Positions 34,422-44,783 of a stretch of DNA of 64,000 nt are shown piece by piece. Below the pieces are notes generated by a model. The model saw only the letters and a list, made by a program, of their open reading frames with translations, made no database searches and had not been told where the DNA came from. The position numbers and the translations under genes were made by a program. This stretch comes from Acidobacteriota bacterium (GTDB lineage Bacteria > Acidobacteriota > UBA6911 > RPQK01 > JAJDTT01), in contig OZ242374.1 of the NCBI GenBank assembly GCA_965209055.1, forward strand, positions 1,504,001 through 1,568,000, in the 5' to 3' direction. The first letter of the stretch is position 1. Each line of letters starts with the position of its first letter.

Positions 34422-37400
34422 TCAGTACCAGCGGTCGACGCGGCGGGTGTTCCACTCCTGCAGGTAGCGTTGGTGGGCCGGCGTGTCCGGATAACGCTCG
34501 TTCGGGCCGTACGGAAATCGGCTCATGCCGTGGAAAGGCAGCGGACCGACCGTGTCGGGGGAGGCCGAATGGAGGTCCATATCCTTCCCGAATCCATCCA
34601 CATACACCAGAAAATCCCTCACCCATCCTTCGGGGGGAGGAGGAATCCGGTCCAGATCGAAGAACGCCTCGATCTCGTCGCCGGCGCGCGTGGCCACGAA
34701 CATGTCGTCCCGTTCGAGCAGCAGCGGACTCACCTCGCCGAACCGGGTGTAGTTGCCGATGTGCGCCTTCCAGGGAGCCGTGGGAAGGATTTGGCTGCGG
34801 TCGTAACCCAGGAGCGGTTTCCCGATCCCGGCCGGAAATCCCAGGTAGTGAAGATCGGCTTGTTGGGGACTGAGCCGGAAAGTCCTGAAGTCGCGCCGGG
34901 GAGGACTCGCGTCCACCCGAATCCGGTCCCAGTGGATCCGCATGTTGGTTCGAATCCGAACCTTCCGGCTGTCGCTCAGGAACTTGCCCGAGAGATCGAC
35001 GGTCATGGGTTTGGGAAGGCCAGCGGGAAAGCCCATGCGCTCGATGACGGTCACCCAGACGCCGTTCGCATCCTGAACCTGGAGGACCGGGGGACTCAGG
35101 CTCAGACCCGACTGGGAGGCCGCCAGGTTGCTGGTGCTGTCCGCATAGTCGATCCAGGCGTCCAGCAGGAGGCGCGTGTTCTCTCCCGAAACCGGGCCCA
35201 GATCCAGGATCAGGTCATGAGGCTCGGCATACCCCTTGAAGGGCAGGTTGCGAAACAGGTCCGGGTATTTTCCGTCCAGTTTGCCGAGGGCCGGCAGAAG
35301 ATTTCGGCCCTTGCCGTCGGTGGCCCGAAGCGGCGGCCTTGGATCGGAAAAGGTCAGGATCCGAAAGCCGGCATAGGGAGGTCCCGGAAGCAGCTTCTCG
35401 TCCGGGTAGATCTCATAGTCGCCCGGATGGTCCACCACCACCACCTCGAGTTGGTCGAACAGGATCAACTCTTCCAGCTGGTTGTTCAGCGTGACCGCCA
35501 GACGTCCGTCCTTCAGACCCACCTGGCTCCGGTTCAGCTTCACGTATTCGTCGGTGTCGGGATAGTTGAAGGTCCCCGGCGCCAGCAGGTAACCGTAGGC
35601 GCTCCCTCCCAGGAAATCGGTTTGAAAGACGTAGCGTTCTCCGTTCCAGACGTAGAGGATGGGACAGCTCGTCCCCTTGCGGTCCAGCTCCTGGATCTCC
35701 AGAGCCTGGTTCACCTGCTGATTCAGTTCCGACTGCAGGACCCCGCCGGGCCACAGCAGCCGGACGATGTCGATGTCCTGCCGGGGGCCCAGTCCGAAGT
35801 GCAGGGTGGCCGAATTCTGGCTCAGAAAGCCGTAGCCGCCGCGCACCTCTCCTTTCTGCAGGAGGCGGCCGCTGCGGATCTCGACCTTGGTTCCGATGCC
35901 GCTGCGGTTGCTGTTGGTCCCGCGGGCGGTCACCGAGACCCAACTGTTGCGGTTGCCTCCCTGATTCCGCAGCAGCAGGGGAGGATGTCCGTTCACGTTG
36001 GCGACCAGGTCCAGGTCTCCGTCCCGGTCGTAGTCGGCGGCGCTCACGCCGCGAACCGGGAGGCCGCGGAATTCATCGAGGCCCGCCTGCCGGCTCACGT
36101 CCTGGAAACGGCCCCGGTGATTGGCCAGGAGGTGGAAATTGCGGCGCGGATCCTCCCAGCTCGAGGTGAACAGGGGAGCCGAGACGAGCAGAAGGTCCTG
36201 GTCGCCATCGTTGTCAAAGTCCAGAAGGTGGGCCGTGTGCACGTGACCCGGCGTCTTCCAATTCTCCGGCATCCAGTTTTGGCGGCGAGCGTACCGGCGG
36301 TTCCTCGCTTGCTGGGTCCAGAGGTTGAAGCCGGATCCGGTCAGAGCGGGGAGCGCCAGGTCCAGGACGCCCCGGTGCGCCAAATCTCCGATTCCGACGC
36401 CTACCCCGTCACCGTCACCGGAGACGCCGGCCGCTTCGGCCATGTCCATAAAGGTTCCGTCCCGCTGATTGCTGAAGAGCTGGTTCGGGGCGCCCTGATT
36501 GACGAAATAGAAGTCGATGTCCCTTCGGTTGTCGAAGTCCGTGCAGACGGAAGACCAGGTCTGCAACCGCTCCCCGGCCAAGCCGGAGGATTCGCTGACG
36601 TCGGTGAAGGTCCCGTCGGAGTTGTTGCGGAACAACGAGTTGTTCGCTCCCGGGAAATCCTGGGGAAACCGGGTCCCGGACTCGAGGCTCTCGGGGCGCA
36701 CCGTGAGGTTGGTCACCAGGAGGTCCAGGTCTCCGTCGTGGTCGTAGTCGACGAACGCTCCCCCGCTCCCCCAGGCAGGGTCGCCGACCCGCGCCTGCTC
36801 CGTCACGTCCAGAAAGCGGCCGTCTCCTTCATTCCTGTAGAGCACGTTGGGCCCGTAGTTGATGAGGTAGAGGTCCAGGTCCTGGTCGTTGTCGTAGTCT
36901 CCCCAGACGCCGTGCATGGTCCGGCCTTTTTGTTCGAGCCCCGCCTCACGGCTCGTCTCCTGAAACGTGCCGTCTCCCCGGTTTCGGAAGAGGGAGCTCC
37001 GGCTTCCACCCGGGCCGGAGTTGGCCAGGAAAAGGTCCTCGTGACCATCTCCATCGTAATCGCCGAAGGAACTTCCCGATCCGACCCACGGGACCAGCCC
37101 ATCCTCCAATTCCTGGACCGACGACACTTCGGATATGGCCTTCCCCGGGCCATCGTGTCGAAAGTTCAGCCCCGCAGACGCCCCGACCTCCCGGAATCGA
37201 ACCACGAATTCCTCTCGGCTCTCGCCGGATGGTTGTGGAAGGTAGTCGTCGAGATTCTCCAGCACCAGGGCATAGCGTCCCTGCTCCAGGTATTGGAGTC
37301 CCAGTGTCGTGGCCCCGAACATGCCCTGGAGGGTTCGAAATTTCTCCATCTCCGCGCGGCCTTCCTCGGCCTGGCCGCTGCGGGTCAGAGCGATGGCCAG

Positions 37401-37922
37401 ATTGTAGTGAGCCGAAGCGTTGTACGGCTCCAGAGAGAGGACCTTTCTGAAGTGGCCGATGGCTTCCTCGTAGCGGCGGCCACGGGAACTCAGCAGTCCC
37501 AGGTAGTACTGGGTGGACGGATCCTGGGGGTCCTGCCGGGAGACCTGGCCGAACGCCTCCGCCGCCTTCGCCGCCTCGTCCTGGTTCCGATAGATGAGGC
37601 CCATCATGTAGTGGGACTGGATCTGCTCCGGATCCAATTCCAAGGCCTGCTGGAAGGATCGGGCAGCTTCCTCGTGGAGTTGCTGATTGAACAGCGCGAC
37701 GCCCAGGTTCACGTGGCCGGGCACGAAATTCGGGTCCAGTTCCAGAAGACGGGAAAACTCGTTGCCGGCAGCCTTGTAGTCGAGTTGTTCCATGTAGGCC
37801 ACGCCCCGGCTGTTGAGCCGCAGGAGTTCCGTCACCTCAGCCGAATCGCTCCGGGGGGGCAACCCGAACAGAGTCCAAAGGACGACACCGGCGAGGAAGG
37901 GAATCAGAAGCAGACGCACCAT
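34422..37922 (-). CDS. Secreted TPR + FG-GAP/VCBS + ASPIC/UnbV-domain protein
   Basis: Signal peptide, several TPR repeats, repeated DYDxDGDxDL motifs, SNRSGIG...LHFGLG...WPGG, then a KGTSCPILYVWNG C-terminal domain. Confidence 0.88.
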   Translation of the reverse strand: MVRLLLIPFLAGVVLWTLFGLPPRSDSAEVTELLRLNSRGVAYMEQLDYKAAGNEFSRLLELDPNFVPGHVNLGVALFNQQLHEEAARSFQQALELDPEQIQSHYMMGLIYRNQDEAAKAAEAFGQVSRQDPQDPSTQYYLGLLSSRGRRYEEAIGHFRKVLSLEPYNASAHYNLAIALTRSGQAEEGRAEMEKFRTLQGMFGATTLGLQYLEQGRYALVLENLDDYLPQPSGESREEFVVRFREVGASAGLNFRHDGPGKAISEVSSVQELEDGLVPWVGSGSSFGDYDGDGHEDLFLANSGPGGSRSSLFRNRGDGTFQETSREAGLEQKGRTMHGVWGDYDNDQDLDLYLINYGPNVLYRNEGDGRFLDVTEQARVGDPAWGSGGAFVDYDHDGDLDLLVTNLTVRPESLESGTRFPQDFPGANNSLFRNNSDGTFTDVSESSGLAGERLQTWSSVCTDFDNRRDIDFYFVNQGAPNQLFSNQRDGTFMDMAEAAGVSGDGDGVGVGIGDLAHRGVLDLALPALTGSGFNLWTQQARNRRYARRQNWMPENWKTPGHVHTAHLLDFDNDGDQDLLLVSAPLFTSSWEDPRRNFHLLANHRGRFQDVSRQAGLDEFRGLPVRGVSAADYDRDGDLDLVANVNGHPPLLLRNQGGNRNSWVSVTARGTNSNRSGIGTKVEIRSGRLLQKGEVRGGYGFLSQNSATLHFGLGPRQDIDIVRLLWPGGVLQSELNQQVNQALEIQELDRKGTSCPILYVWNGERYVFQTDFLGGSAYGYLLAPGTFNYPDTDEYVKLNRSQVGLKDGRLAVTLNNQLEELILFDQLEVVVVDHPGDYEIYPDEKLLPGPPYAGFRILTFSDPRPPLRATDGKGRNLLPALGKLDGKYPDLFRNLPFKGYAEPHDLILDLGPVSGENTRLLLDAWIDYADSTSNLAASQSGLSLSPPVLQVQDANGVWVTVIERMGFPAGLPKPMTVDLSGKFLSDSRKVRIRTNMRIHWDRIRVDASPPRRDFRTFRLSPQQADLHYLGFPAGIGKPLLGYDRSQILPTAPWKAHIGNYTRFGEVSPLLLERDDMFVATRAGDEIEAFFDLDRIPPPPEGWVRDFLVYVDGFGKDMDLHSASPDTVGPLPFHGMSRFPYGPNERYPDTPAHQRYLQEWNTRRVDRWY

Positions 37923-37925
37923 GGC

Positions 37926-38579
37926 TCAAGACCGCCCGTGGAAGGAATAGACGTACTCTTTGAAACCGTTTCGAAGCCTGAAGGAGCTGAACAACCGGAA
38001 ATGGGGCATCATGCGGTTCAGGTCCGCACGGTGATATTGAGGCGAAGGGCGCTGCAGCGAGGAGAGGTACTCGTAGCGGAGCCGCTCCGAATCGATGATC
38101 TGGAATCGGATCGGTCTCTCGGGAATGTGCCGGTTCGTGGAAATCATGGTGAACAGCAGGGTCCCCGGATGGCAAAAGCGGTCCAGGTGCCTGACCAGGG
38201 CGGCGAGCTCGAGTTCTTCCAGGTAGTTGAACAGGTCCCAACCCAGGATGAGGTCGAAGCGCGTCTCCTCTCCGTAGGGGAAAACGTAGCCGTAGACGGC
38301 GTCATAGGAACGGGGCTCGCGGGGATCGAAGAAGTCGAAGGAGGACAAGGTCTCGTAGAGGTCTTCGATTGCGATGTGCAGGGAGCGAAAGCCCTGGGAG
38401 AGGAATTGGAGGTTCGAGGCGTAAGCCGACCCCAGGTCCAATACGCTCAATCTCCGGTGGCCCCGGACCTGATTGTAGGCGATGTTGAAACCGATGGAGG
38501 AGTGAACTTCGGCTTCCGGCAGAGTCGGTTCCGGATCGGATCTGGGCTCAGAATTTCGGAGAAGGGACCACCGCATCAC
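37926..38579 (-). CDS. Class I SAM-dependent methyltransferase-like protein
   Basis: SVLDLGSA, RFDLILGWDLF, CHPGTLL; start overlaps the bactofilin stop. Confidence 0.7.
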   Translation of the reverse strand: MMRWSLLRNSEPRSDPEPTLPEAEVHSSIGFNIAYNQVRGHRRLSVLDLGSAYASNLQFLSQGFRSLHIAIEDLYETLSSFDFFDPREPRSYDAVYGYVFPYGEETRFDLILGWDLFNYLEELELAALVRHLDRFCHPGTLLFTMISTNRHIPERPIRFQIIDSERLRYEYLSSLQRPSPQYHRADLNRMMPHFRLFSSFRLRNGFKEYVYSFHGRS

Positions 38580-39142
38580 GCCTTTGGAAAGGGGGATGCG
38601 GTTTCGGTGGAGATGACTGGTTCGGAAACGACTCCCGGTGAAGCCAGCGCAGCATCCACGGTCGAGTCTTCACTTTGGGATTCCTTGCCATCGACCGCCG
38701 ACGACTCCTGGTCATCGTTATTGTCGCCCATGTCGATGCTGCCCTTGAACCGGCAACCCTCTTCCAGAACGACTTGCGGAGCGATGAGGTTTCCCCGCAC
38801 GCTTCCGGTCCCACGCAGGACGATCTTCTCTTCGCCCTGAATGGTCCCTTCGACGCTGCCCTCGATGCTGACCAACTTGGCGAACATGTCCGCCTTGATC
38901 CGCCCCTCCCGGCCAACGGTGAGAGTTTGGTTGGCAAGCGATAACTTTCCTTCAATCCGGCCATTGACCAACAGGTCCTGGCCGCCGCTCACCTCCCCGT
39001 GGATGACGATGGCCGTTCCGATGACGGCTCTTTCCTTCAGCCGTTTGACGGGGTTCCGTTGGATGGGGTTCCGTGGCTCAGGCCCAGGTTGGACCGCGTC
39101 CACGGCAGGAATAGATGGTTCAGGCGATTCTTTTTTCCACAT
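38576..39142 (-). CDS. Bactofilin (polymer-forming cytoskeletal protein)
   Basis: VIGTAIVIHGEVSGGQDLLVNGRIEG...IEGSVEGTI...GSVRGNL...FKGSIDM beta-helix. Confidence 0.92.
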   Translation of the reverse strand: MWKKESPEPSIPAVDAVQPGPEPRNPIQRNPVKRLKERAVIGTAIVIHGEVSGGQDLLVNGRIEGKLSLANQTLTVGREGRIKADMFAKLVSIEGSVEGTIQGEEKIVLRGTGSVRGNLIAPQVVLEEGCRFKGSIDMGDNNDDQESSAVDGKESQSEDSTVDAALASPGVVSEPVISTETASPFPKA

Positions 39143-39256
39143 TCGGCGCTCCAAGATAGGATAGCTCTCTTTTATAGGCTAATACGCCGCAAGTCAACCG
39201 GGCCGGGCCGGTAGTTCCATCGATCAGAGGGCGCTACAATGCCGAAAAATCAGTCC

Positions 39257-39715
39257 ATGAAATCGGTTGAGAGCAGAGTGCGGGATCTGACGAGAGAATT
39301 CTTCGCTTACTATCCGGATTATCGGTTATGCAACACCTTGGCCGTCAACGTCGAGAATGGCGTGACGAGCTACGGGGATGCGCTGTCCGCCATGTCCGGC
39401 AAGGCGCGGGCCGCCGAGTTGAATCGCGAGGCCATCGAAGAGAAGCTGAACCTCCGGAGTGTCAACGTCCAGGGCCGGACGGTGCGAATCGGCGAACTCT
39501 CCCTGGGAGAGATCCTGCGACTGGATCTCGAAACTTGCCGGACCGTGGTGGACTTCTATTTCAAGCATCCCTATGCCCATGGCCGAACCAGAAAATCGCG
39601 ATGGTGGCCGAGGTGGTTTCGGACTCTCTTTCTCTCGACCATTCTGGGACACGCCAAGAGAAACGGAATCGAACTGGATTACGGCAGCTGCTTCGAGATC
39701 TTGAGGCTGTTATGA
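39257..39715 (+). CDS. Hypothetical protein
   Basis: Open frame divergent from bactofilin; TACAAT at 39235-39240. Confidence 0.6.
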   Translation: MKSVESRVRDLTREFFAYYPDYRLCNTLAVNVENGVTSYGDALSAMSGKARAAELNREAIEEKLNLRSVNVQGRTVRIGELSLGEILRLDLETCRTVVDFYFKHPYAHGRTRKSRWWPRWFRTLFLSTILGHAKRNGIELDYGSCFEILRLL

Positions 39716-39734
39716 CCGGCGCGGATGGAGACAA

Positions 39735-40043
39735 GTGAAGCGGACTCGAGTGGCGATTCTTCTGTTGCCGGTGGTTTTTCTGGGAGCTCTCCTCGTTCTC
39801 AGGTCCTACCGGATCGATCTGGTCCATACTGTTGTCCTGGAGGGCCTGCTGGAACGGGCGCCGGAAGGAACCCCCCGGCAACCGATCATCGATGCCTTCG
39901 AGAATGCGCGACGCCGAGCCCTGGAGACGGACCATGCCGAGGTTTACCTGGAACAGCTCTTCATGATTTCCCGGCGCTTGGAGAAGATCCAACACGTGGA
40001 CGACGAGCAGGTCGCCCAGATGCTGCAAATCCTAAGGCAATGA
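39735..40043 (+). CDS. Hypothetical membrane-anchored protein
   Basis: GGAG RBS, GTG start, N-terminal hydrophobic helix. Confidence 0.6.
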   Translation: MKRTRVAILLLPVVFLGALLVLRSYRIDLVHTVVLEGLLERAPEGTPRQPIIDAFENARRRALETDHAEVYLEQLFMISRRLEKIQHVDDEQVAQMLQILRQ

Positions 40044-40141
40044 GCAGCCTTTACTCTCTCCCCGGCTGTCGTGAGACCGACGGCATGCTCCCCCGGTCGA
40101 AGGCCGTGACGACCCTTGCCGCAGGCTGCTAATCTATAGGC

Positions 40142-40945
40142 GTGTTGTGTCCGCGTTGCCGTACCCGGAGCCGTGGGAACGTCTGCGCCAACTGCGGTTG
40201 GACGCCTGAAGCGCGACAGCGGACCATTGCGTTCCAATCCGAGTCTGTCCATTCATCCCAAGGCAGGACCGCCCACGACGTGACCCCCGGCCACGGCGCC
40301 GGTAGGGGTTCCGTCGGGGAAAACCCCTCGGGATTTCAGCGTGCGAGAACCGGCCAGGGCGACAACAGGCGGATCATTGGCGTCGCCGGGAGGCCGCGAT
40401 CCGGAAATCCGTCCAGGATTCATCGCCAGCAGAAGCTGAAGCTGGAGACTCTGCCTCCCGCCCCGCCGGTCGTAGAGCCGCCCGAGCCCGCGGTCACGGT
40501 GCCCAGCCCGCCGAGGGAGATCCTTCTGTCACGGATACTGGCTGCGATCCTGGACCTCTCGTTGGCGGGCCTGATCGGTTTTTCTTTCTGTCTCCTGGCT
40601 TCCCGGGCACTGAACCTCGACTTCTTTTCGCTTGCGTCGTTCCGGCTCGGAGGCGTCTGCACCGCCGGGATCTACCTCTTCACTTCCTTCTTCTTTCTCC
40701 TGGGCGCCGGACAAACGCCCGGAATGTACTTCACGCGTCTGAGGCTGGTGAGCGAGAAGCAGCAGGGGTCCATATCCATGTTGGCCGTCGCCCTGTGGAT
40801 CTTTCTCTATCCTCCGGTGACTTTGACCCTGGTGGGACTCTTGTGGGGACTCATCGATCCTTGGAGGCGGTGCATCCACGATCGTCTGAGCGGCACCCGG
40901 GTCGTCTCATTGGTCGAGCCGGTCAGCGCTCCACTTCCCGAATGA
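40142..40945 (+). CDS. RDD-family membrane protein with an N-terminal zinc ribbon
   Basis: CPRC...CANC; SRILAAILD, GQTPGM, IHDRLSGTRVV. Confidence 0.85.
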   Translation: MLCPRCRTRSRGNVCANCGWTPEARQRTIAFQSESVHSSQGRTAHDVTPGHGAGRGSVGENPSGFQRARTGQGDNRRIIGVAGRPRSGNPSRIHRQQKLKLETLPPAPPVVEPPEPAVTVPSPPREILLSRILAAILDLSLAGLIGFSFCLLASRALNLDFFSLASFRLGGVCTAGIYLFTSFFFLLGAGQTPGMYFTRLRLVSEKQQGSISMLAVALWIFLYPPVTLTLVGLLWGLIDPWRRCIHDRLSGTRVVSLVEPVSAPLPE

Positions 40946-41381
40946 ACTGATTCACCAGCGTCCTCAGGCGGGGACGGCAGCGGTACTCGACATCGGGGTC
41001 GGCAAGAAACACCTCGACAACGACGACCATGGCCGAAATCGGATCCTCCGAATCCGTTTCCGAGAACGGGTGGGCGGCCAGGAGATCCAAGGCCTGGCGG
41101 AAGTCGCGCCGTTGCAGAAACCTCTGCAGAGGAAACTGTTTCAGGACCAGGCCCAGGATTTGGCAGAATGCCGGGAACCGTTTTTCGTAGAGCAGGAGCG
41201 GGACCAGGTGGTGGCTGTCGTCCGGCGGTTCGCCGGTATGAGCCGAATCGAGCAGCCTATGGAGTTCACCGGCTGAAGCGGCCGAACGGCGCCGGCCGAT
41301 GAACAGCAAGATGCCCAGGGCAAGCAGGACCAGGGCGAAGATGAGCAGTAGTAAGGGGTAGCTGAGGAGCGCCTGTTGCAC
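40923..41381 (-). CDS. Hypothetical membrane-anchored protein
   Basis: N-terminal TM helix followed by RRR and a soluble domain. Confidence 0.6.
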   Translation of the reverse strand: MQQALLSYPLLLLIFALVLLALGILLFIGRRRSAASAGELHRLLDSAHTGEPPDDSHHLVPLLLYEKRFPAFCQILGLVLKQFPLQRFLQRRDFRQALDLLAAHPFSETDSEDPISAMVVVVEVFLADPDVEYRCRPRLRTLVNQFIREVER

Positions 41382-41429
41382 GTGTCATCCGCCAAGCCGG
41401 CATCATCCGCTGGTGTGGGTGTGATGCTT

Positions 41430-43370
41430 TTATTCTACGGGATTGTGGATGAGGTGGATTCCCTCGGAAAGGGTGCCCGCGAGAAGCTCTCCCGAAGTGG
41501 ACAGATGCAAGGTCGTGATACGTGGTCCGGAGCTGCCTCGATCGAACGTGCGCCAGCTATCGCCCCCGTCGGGACTCGCATACAGGTGCCCCAGCAGGGA
41601 GTCGCTGGCGAAGACGCGGAGGTTCGGTCCGCGCGCGCCAATCGAAAGGGCGGAGACGTCCAGAGGCTGAATTCCATCGGCCTGCACCCATTCGTCCCCG
41701 TTTCGGTTGCTGACGAAGACGCCTTTGCTCGTCCCGCAAAACAGGCGCGTTGCAGACCTGCCGACGATGTTCACCCGGACTGGCGGCAGCCCGGGGGGTG
41801 GAAGCAGCCAGGTGTCCCCGCCGTCGCGCGATCGAAACAGGCCGGAATCGGTCCCGGCAAACAAGGTCGCCGTCGGCAAGTCATACAGCAGGGACTGCGC
41901 CGCGCCGATATCGCCTGATATCTCCTTCTTTTCCAGCGTGCCGGTCTCCAGATCCAAATGGAAGACCCCTTGGGTCGTGGCCAGGAAGAGACCGGTCTCC
42001 TTCCGGTTCGAAAACGAAAGGTCGAGGACGGGCAGCTTCGGGACCTCCCCGACCCGCTGCCATGGGGTCTCGTCGGGGACCCCCACGAAGAGGCCGGTTC
42101 CCGTCCCCAGATACACCTTGGAGGAGAGGCGCGAGGGACGGATCGCCCGGATCGAATCCGCGCTTCCGTCCAGACCGTCGTTGAATGCGCTCCACTTCCA
42201 ACCTCTTCCCTTCAGGGTGAAGAATCCGCCGTAATCGCGGTCCAGGACGACGCTGGCGTAATACACGTGGGAACGGCGCGGATCGGACTCCAGAGCGCCG
42301 ATCTGCCGGTGGACGAATCCCCGGTTGGATGGGGAGAAGGTGGCGCCCCCGTCGTCGGAGCGAAGGATGCCGGCGTCGTCGGAACCCACCAGAATCACCG
42401 AAGGCCGGTGGGGATGCACGGCCACGGCGTTCAGGACCACCCCGGAGATCAGCTGCTTCCAGGATTTGCCGGCGTCTCTGGTGATGAACAGGCCCTTGGT
42501 GGTTCCGGCGTACAGGGTTGCCGGGTCGGAGGGATCCATCTGGAGCGCACGGGTTCTCCTCGCCTCCTTGGGCAGTCCGTTCTTCAACCTGGACCACTTC
42601 TCGCCGCCATTGTCCGACTTGTAGATTCCGGAGCAGGCCCCCGCGTAAATGGTGTCGGGCTTGCCGGGCTCCACGACCATGGCGAACAGGTCGCTGTCAT
42701 CAGCCATTCCCTGGTGGATCGGGACCCACTTGCGTCCCAGGTTGGCGGTCTTCCACGCCAAGTGGAAGGTGCCCACAAAGAGAGTCGGTGGGTTCTGGTC
42801 ATCGAAGGCGAGGGAGTCGACGTTGTAGAGACTCCTGTATCCGCGCGTGATCCGGTCCCACGTCCTGCCCCGGTCGCGGCTCAGCAGCACACCCTCCAGG
42901 ATCCCGATGGCGATGATGGACGGGTCGGACGGCGCGATGGCCATGGCGCGGATGGTGCTGTCGTAACGGCCCAGGGCGATGGGCTCCCACTCCAGGCCCC
43001 CGTTCTCGGAACGGAACAGTTTTCCGCGGTTGGCTTTCAGTTCCCAAGCGGCGGCGTAGAGGGTGTCCGGATCGGAGGGGTCGAAGGCCAGGTTGTCCAC
43101 CACGAGATCCCTGCGGCCCAAACCGGGATCGATTCGAGACCAACCCAGTCCCGTGTTCCGCGAGACGTAGATCTGACCGTCGCTGGTGCCCAGATAGAAG
43201 GTGTCCGGTTTTCCGGGATGGACGGCCAGAGAACGCACGTCTCCTCCGAAGGGGCCCAGGACGACGGAATCCGCGTTGCCCGTCAGGGACGAATCCACCA
43301 TTGCCAGGGTGAACCAGCAGATGAGAAACGTCCGGCCGCGCGCCCGCCAAATGCTCCTGGGATCAATCAT
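41430..43370 (-). CDS. Secreted BNR/Asp-box (YCF48/VPS10-like) beta-propeller protein
   Basis: GPFGGDVRSL; many S-x-D/N-G-G-x-x-W repeats; TAGAAT 7 nt above the ATG at 43370. Confidence 0.85.
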   Translation of the reverse strand: MIDPRSIWRARGRTFLICWFTLAMVDSSLTGNADSVVLGPFGGDVRSLAVHPGKPDTFYLGTSDGQIYVSRNTGLGWSRIDPGLGRRDLVVDNLAFDPSDPDTLYAAAWELKANRGKLFRSENGGLEWEPIALGRYDSTIRAMAIAPSDPSIIAIGILEGVLLSRDRGRTWDRITRGYRSLYNVDSLAFDDQNPPTLFVGTFHLAWKTANLGRKWVPIHQGMADDSDLFAMVVEPGKPDTIYAGACSGIYKSDNGGEKWSRLKNGLPKEARRTRALQMDPSDPATLYAGTTKGLFITRDAGKSWKQLISGVVLNAVAVHPHRPSVILVGSDDAGILRSDDGGATFSPSNRGFVHRQIGALESDPRRSHVYYASVVLDRDYGGFFTLKGRGWKWSAFNDGLDGSADSIRAIRPSRLSSKVYLGTGTGLFVGVPDETPWQRVGEVPKLPVLDLSFSNRKETGLFLATTQGVFHLDLETGTLEKKEISGDIGAAQSLLYDLPTATLFAGTDSGLFRSRDGGDTWLLPPPGLPPVRVNIVGRSATRLFCGTSKGVFVSNRNGDEWVQADGIQPLDVSALSIGARGPNLRVFASDSLLGHLYASPDGGDSWRTFDRGSSGPRITTLHLSTSGELLAGTLSEGIHLIHNPVE

Positions 43371-43485
43371 GGCGTCTATTCTACCCCGTTCGTCACTTGT
43401 GAAGAATGCCGAAGTCTTCGCTTGCGCCGCGCCGCCGTCGAGAACGCCGCGTTCCATGCAAGCATCGCCCGGACACCTTCTTCGC

Positions 43486-44694
43486 TCAATCCCTCCGGCT
43501 CAATTTTCTCTCTACCCGGATTTCCACCGTGCAGGTGGAGGTGTTCTCCGAATCGCTCAGCTCCGCAGTGATGGTGTAGACGCCTTCATCCAGTCCCGTG
43601 GAGTCGAATCGGGCCGAATCCCCCTCCAGCGATACGGCGCCCCCGCTGGCAATCCAGGCAATACTCAGGACGTCGTCGTCCGGGTCCAGGGCGTGGACCC
43701 GTATTTTGGTCCACTCCCCTGACTTGACCGTCTGGCGGCCCGGGTGGCAGCGGATGACGGGAGGACGGTTGATCTTTCTCTGGATGACCAGTTGAGCCGT
43801 CCAGCCATGTCGGCCGGGGTCCGGCGCCCCGAGCCGGCCGGGGTCCGTGCCGTTGAGGTTCAAACTGTAACCGGCCGAGAGTTGGAACCAGCGCCGGGAG
43901 AGGAGCCGCATTCCCAGGTGCAGTTCGAGAGGCGCCTCGAATCGGGAACCGCCGAAGCGGGTTCCGGCCAACTCGGCGACGAACGTGGCCTCATGACCCA
44001 GTGGAAAGTCCAGACCCAGGCCATAGTCGAACTGGTGTCCGGGGGTCGCTTCCGGTTCGTCGCCGGAGTAGAGGAAACCTCCGTTGACCGTGAGTCTTGC
44101 GAGGGCGGAGATTTGATGCGAGATGAGAAAATCCAATCCCAGTCCCGTCCCGGGCGCAGCCGGTTCGGAGAAAGTGGCTGGGAATCCGGTCGAATTGGAG
44201 ACTCGCACTTTGGGCTGGAGGGCGAGTCCGAAGGGATGTCCGTGGCTGGGCGACCACAGATTCAGTTTCAATCCGGCCCACAGGTTTCCGGAAATCGCCC
44301 CTGAGGGAAGGTCCGGATGGGCGGAATGGACGGGCAAGGCCAAGCTGTCGCCGGGAGGGCGGATCCCGGTGAGGTCGTTCACGGGATTCGAGCCGAACCA
44401 CTTCCGCGCTTCCCAGGAGAGGAAGCCCTCCAGGTGGTCGCGCAGTCCCAAAGTGAACGAGACGGGAAAGTGGGTGATTCGGGCTTGCCCGGCCAGTCTG
44501 TGGAACCGGGCGTGATGAAGCCCCAGGCTGAATTCACCGGTTCGCAGGGTTTCGGGGGTAGCCAGGTTGAAGAGGCCGGTCGACCCCTTCCAACTGGGAC
44601 GCAACTGTTTGAATCTGTTGCGGCCGGCGGCAGCGGCCGTATCGGGGAGCAGGATCACGAACCCCAAAGCGGCCAGCGTGACGCGTCTACACAT
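43486..44694 (-). CDS. Exported putative outer-membrane beta-barrel protein with a C-terminal Ig/PKD-like domain
   Basis: Signal peptide; GSTGLFNL...GEFSLG; amphipathic strands; NRPPVIRC...DPDDDVL...GVYTITA. Confidence 0.65.
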   Translation of the reverse strand: MCRRVTLAALGFVILLPDTAAAAGRNRFKQLRPSWKGSTGLFNLATPETLRTGEFSLGLHHARFHRLAGQARITHFPVSFTLGLRDHLEGFLSWEARKWFGSNPVNDLTGIRPPGDSLALPVHSAHPDLPSGAISGNLWAGLKLNLWSPSHGHPFGLALQPKVRVSNSTGFPATFSEPAAPGTGLGLDFLISHQISALARLTVNGGFLYSGDEPEATPGHQFDYGLGLDFPLGHEATFVAELAGTRFGGSRFEAPLELHLGMRLLSRRWFQLSAGYSLNLNGTDPGRLGAPDPGRHGWTAQLVIQRKINRPPVIRCHPGRQTVKSGEWTKIRVHALDPDDDVLSIAWIASGGAVSLEGDSARFDSTGLDEGVYTITAELSDSENTSTCTVEIRVERKLSRRD

Positions 44695-44783
44695 GCCTGC
44701 AAAAGTCGATCGGGACGTTTCCCTGGTGCTCCGGAATCGGTGGGGACGGCGAATGGCCGGCGGGTCCCGGCGAGGGATTTCTC

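Noticed and set aside
34416-38840. 1474-aa ORF on the + strand
   Set aside because: Antisense shadow of the FG-GAP, methyltransferase and bactofilin genes. It has no motifs, and such ORFs are expected in high-GC DNA.
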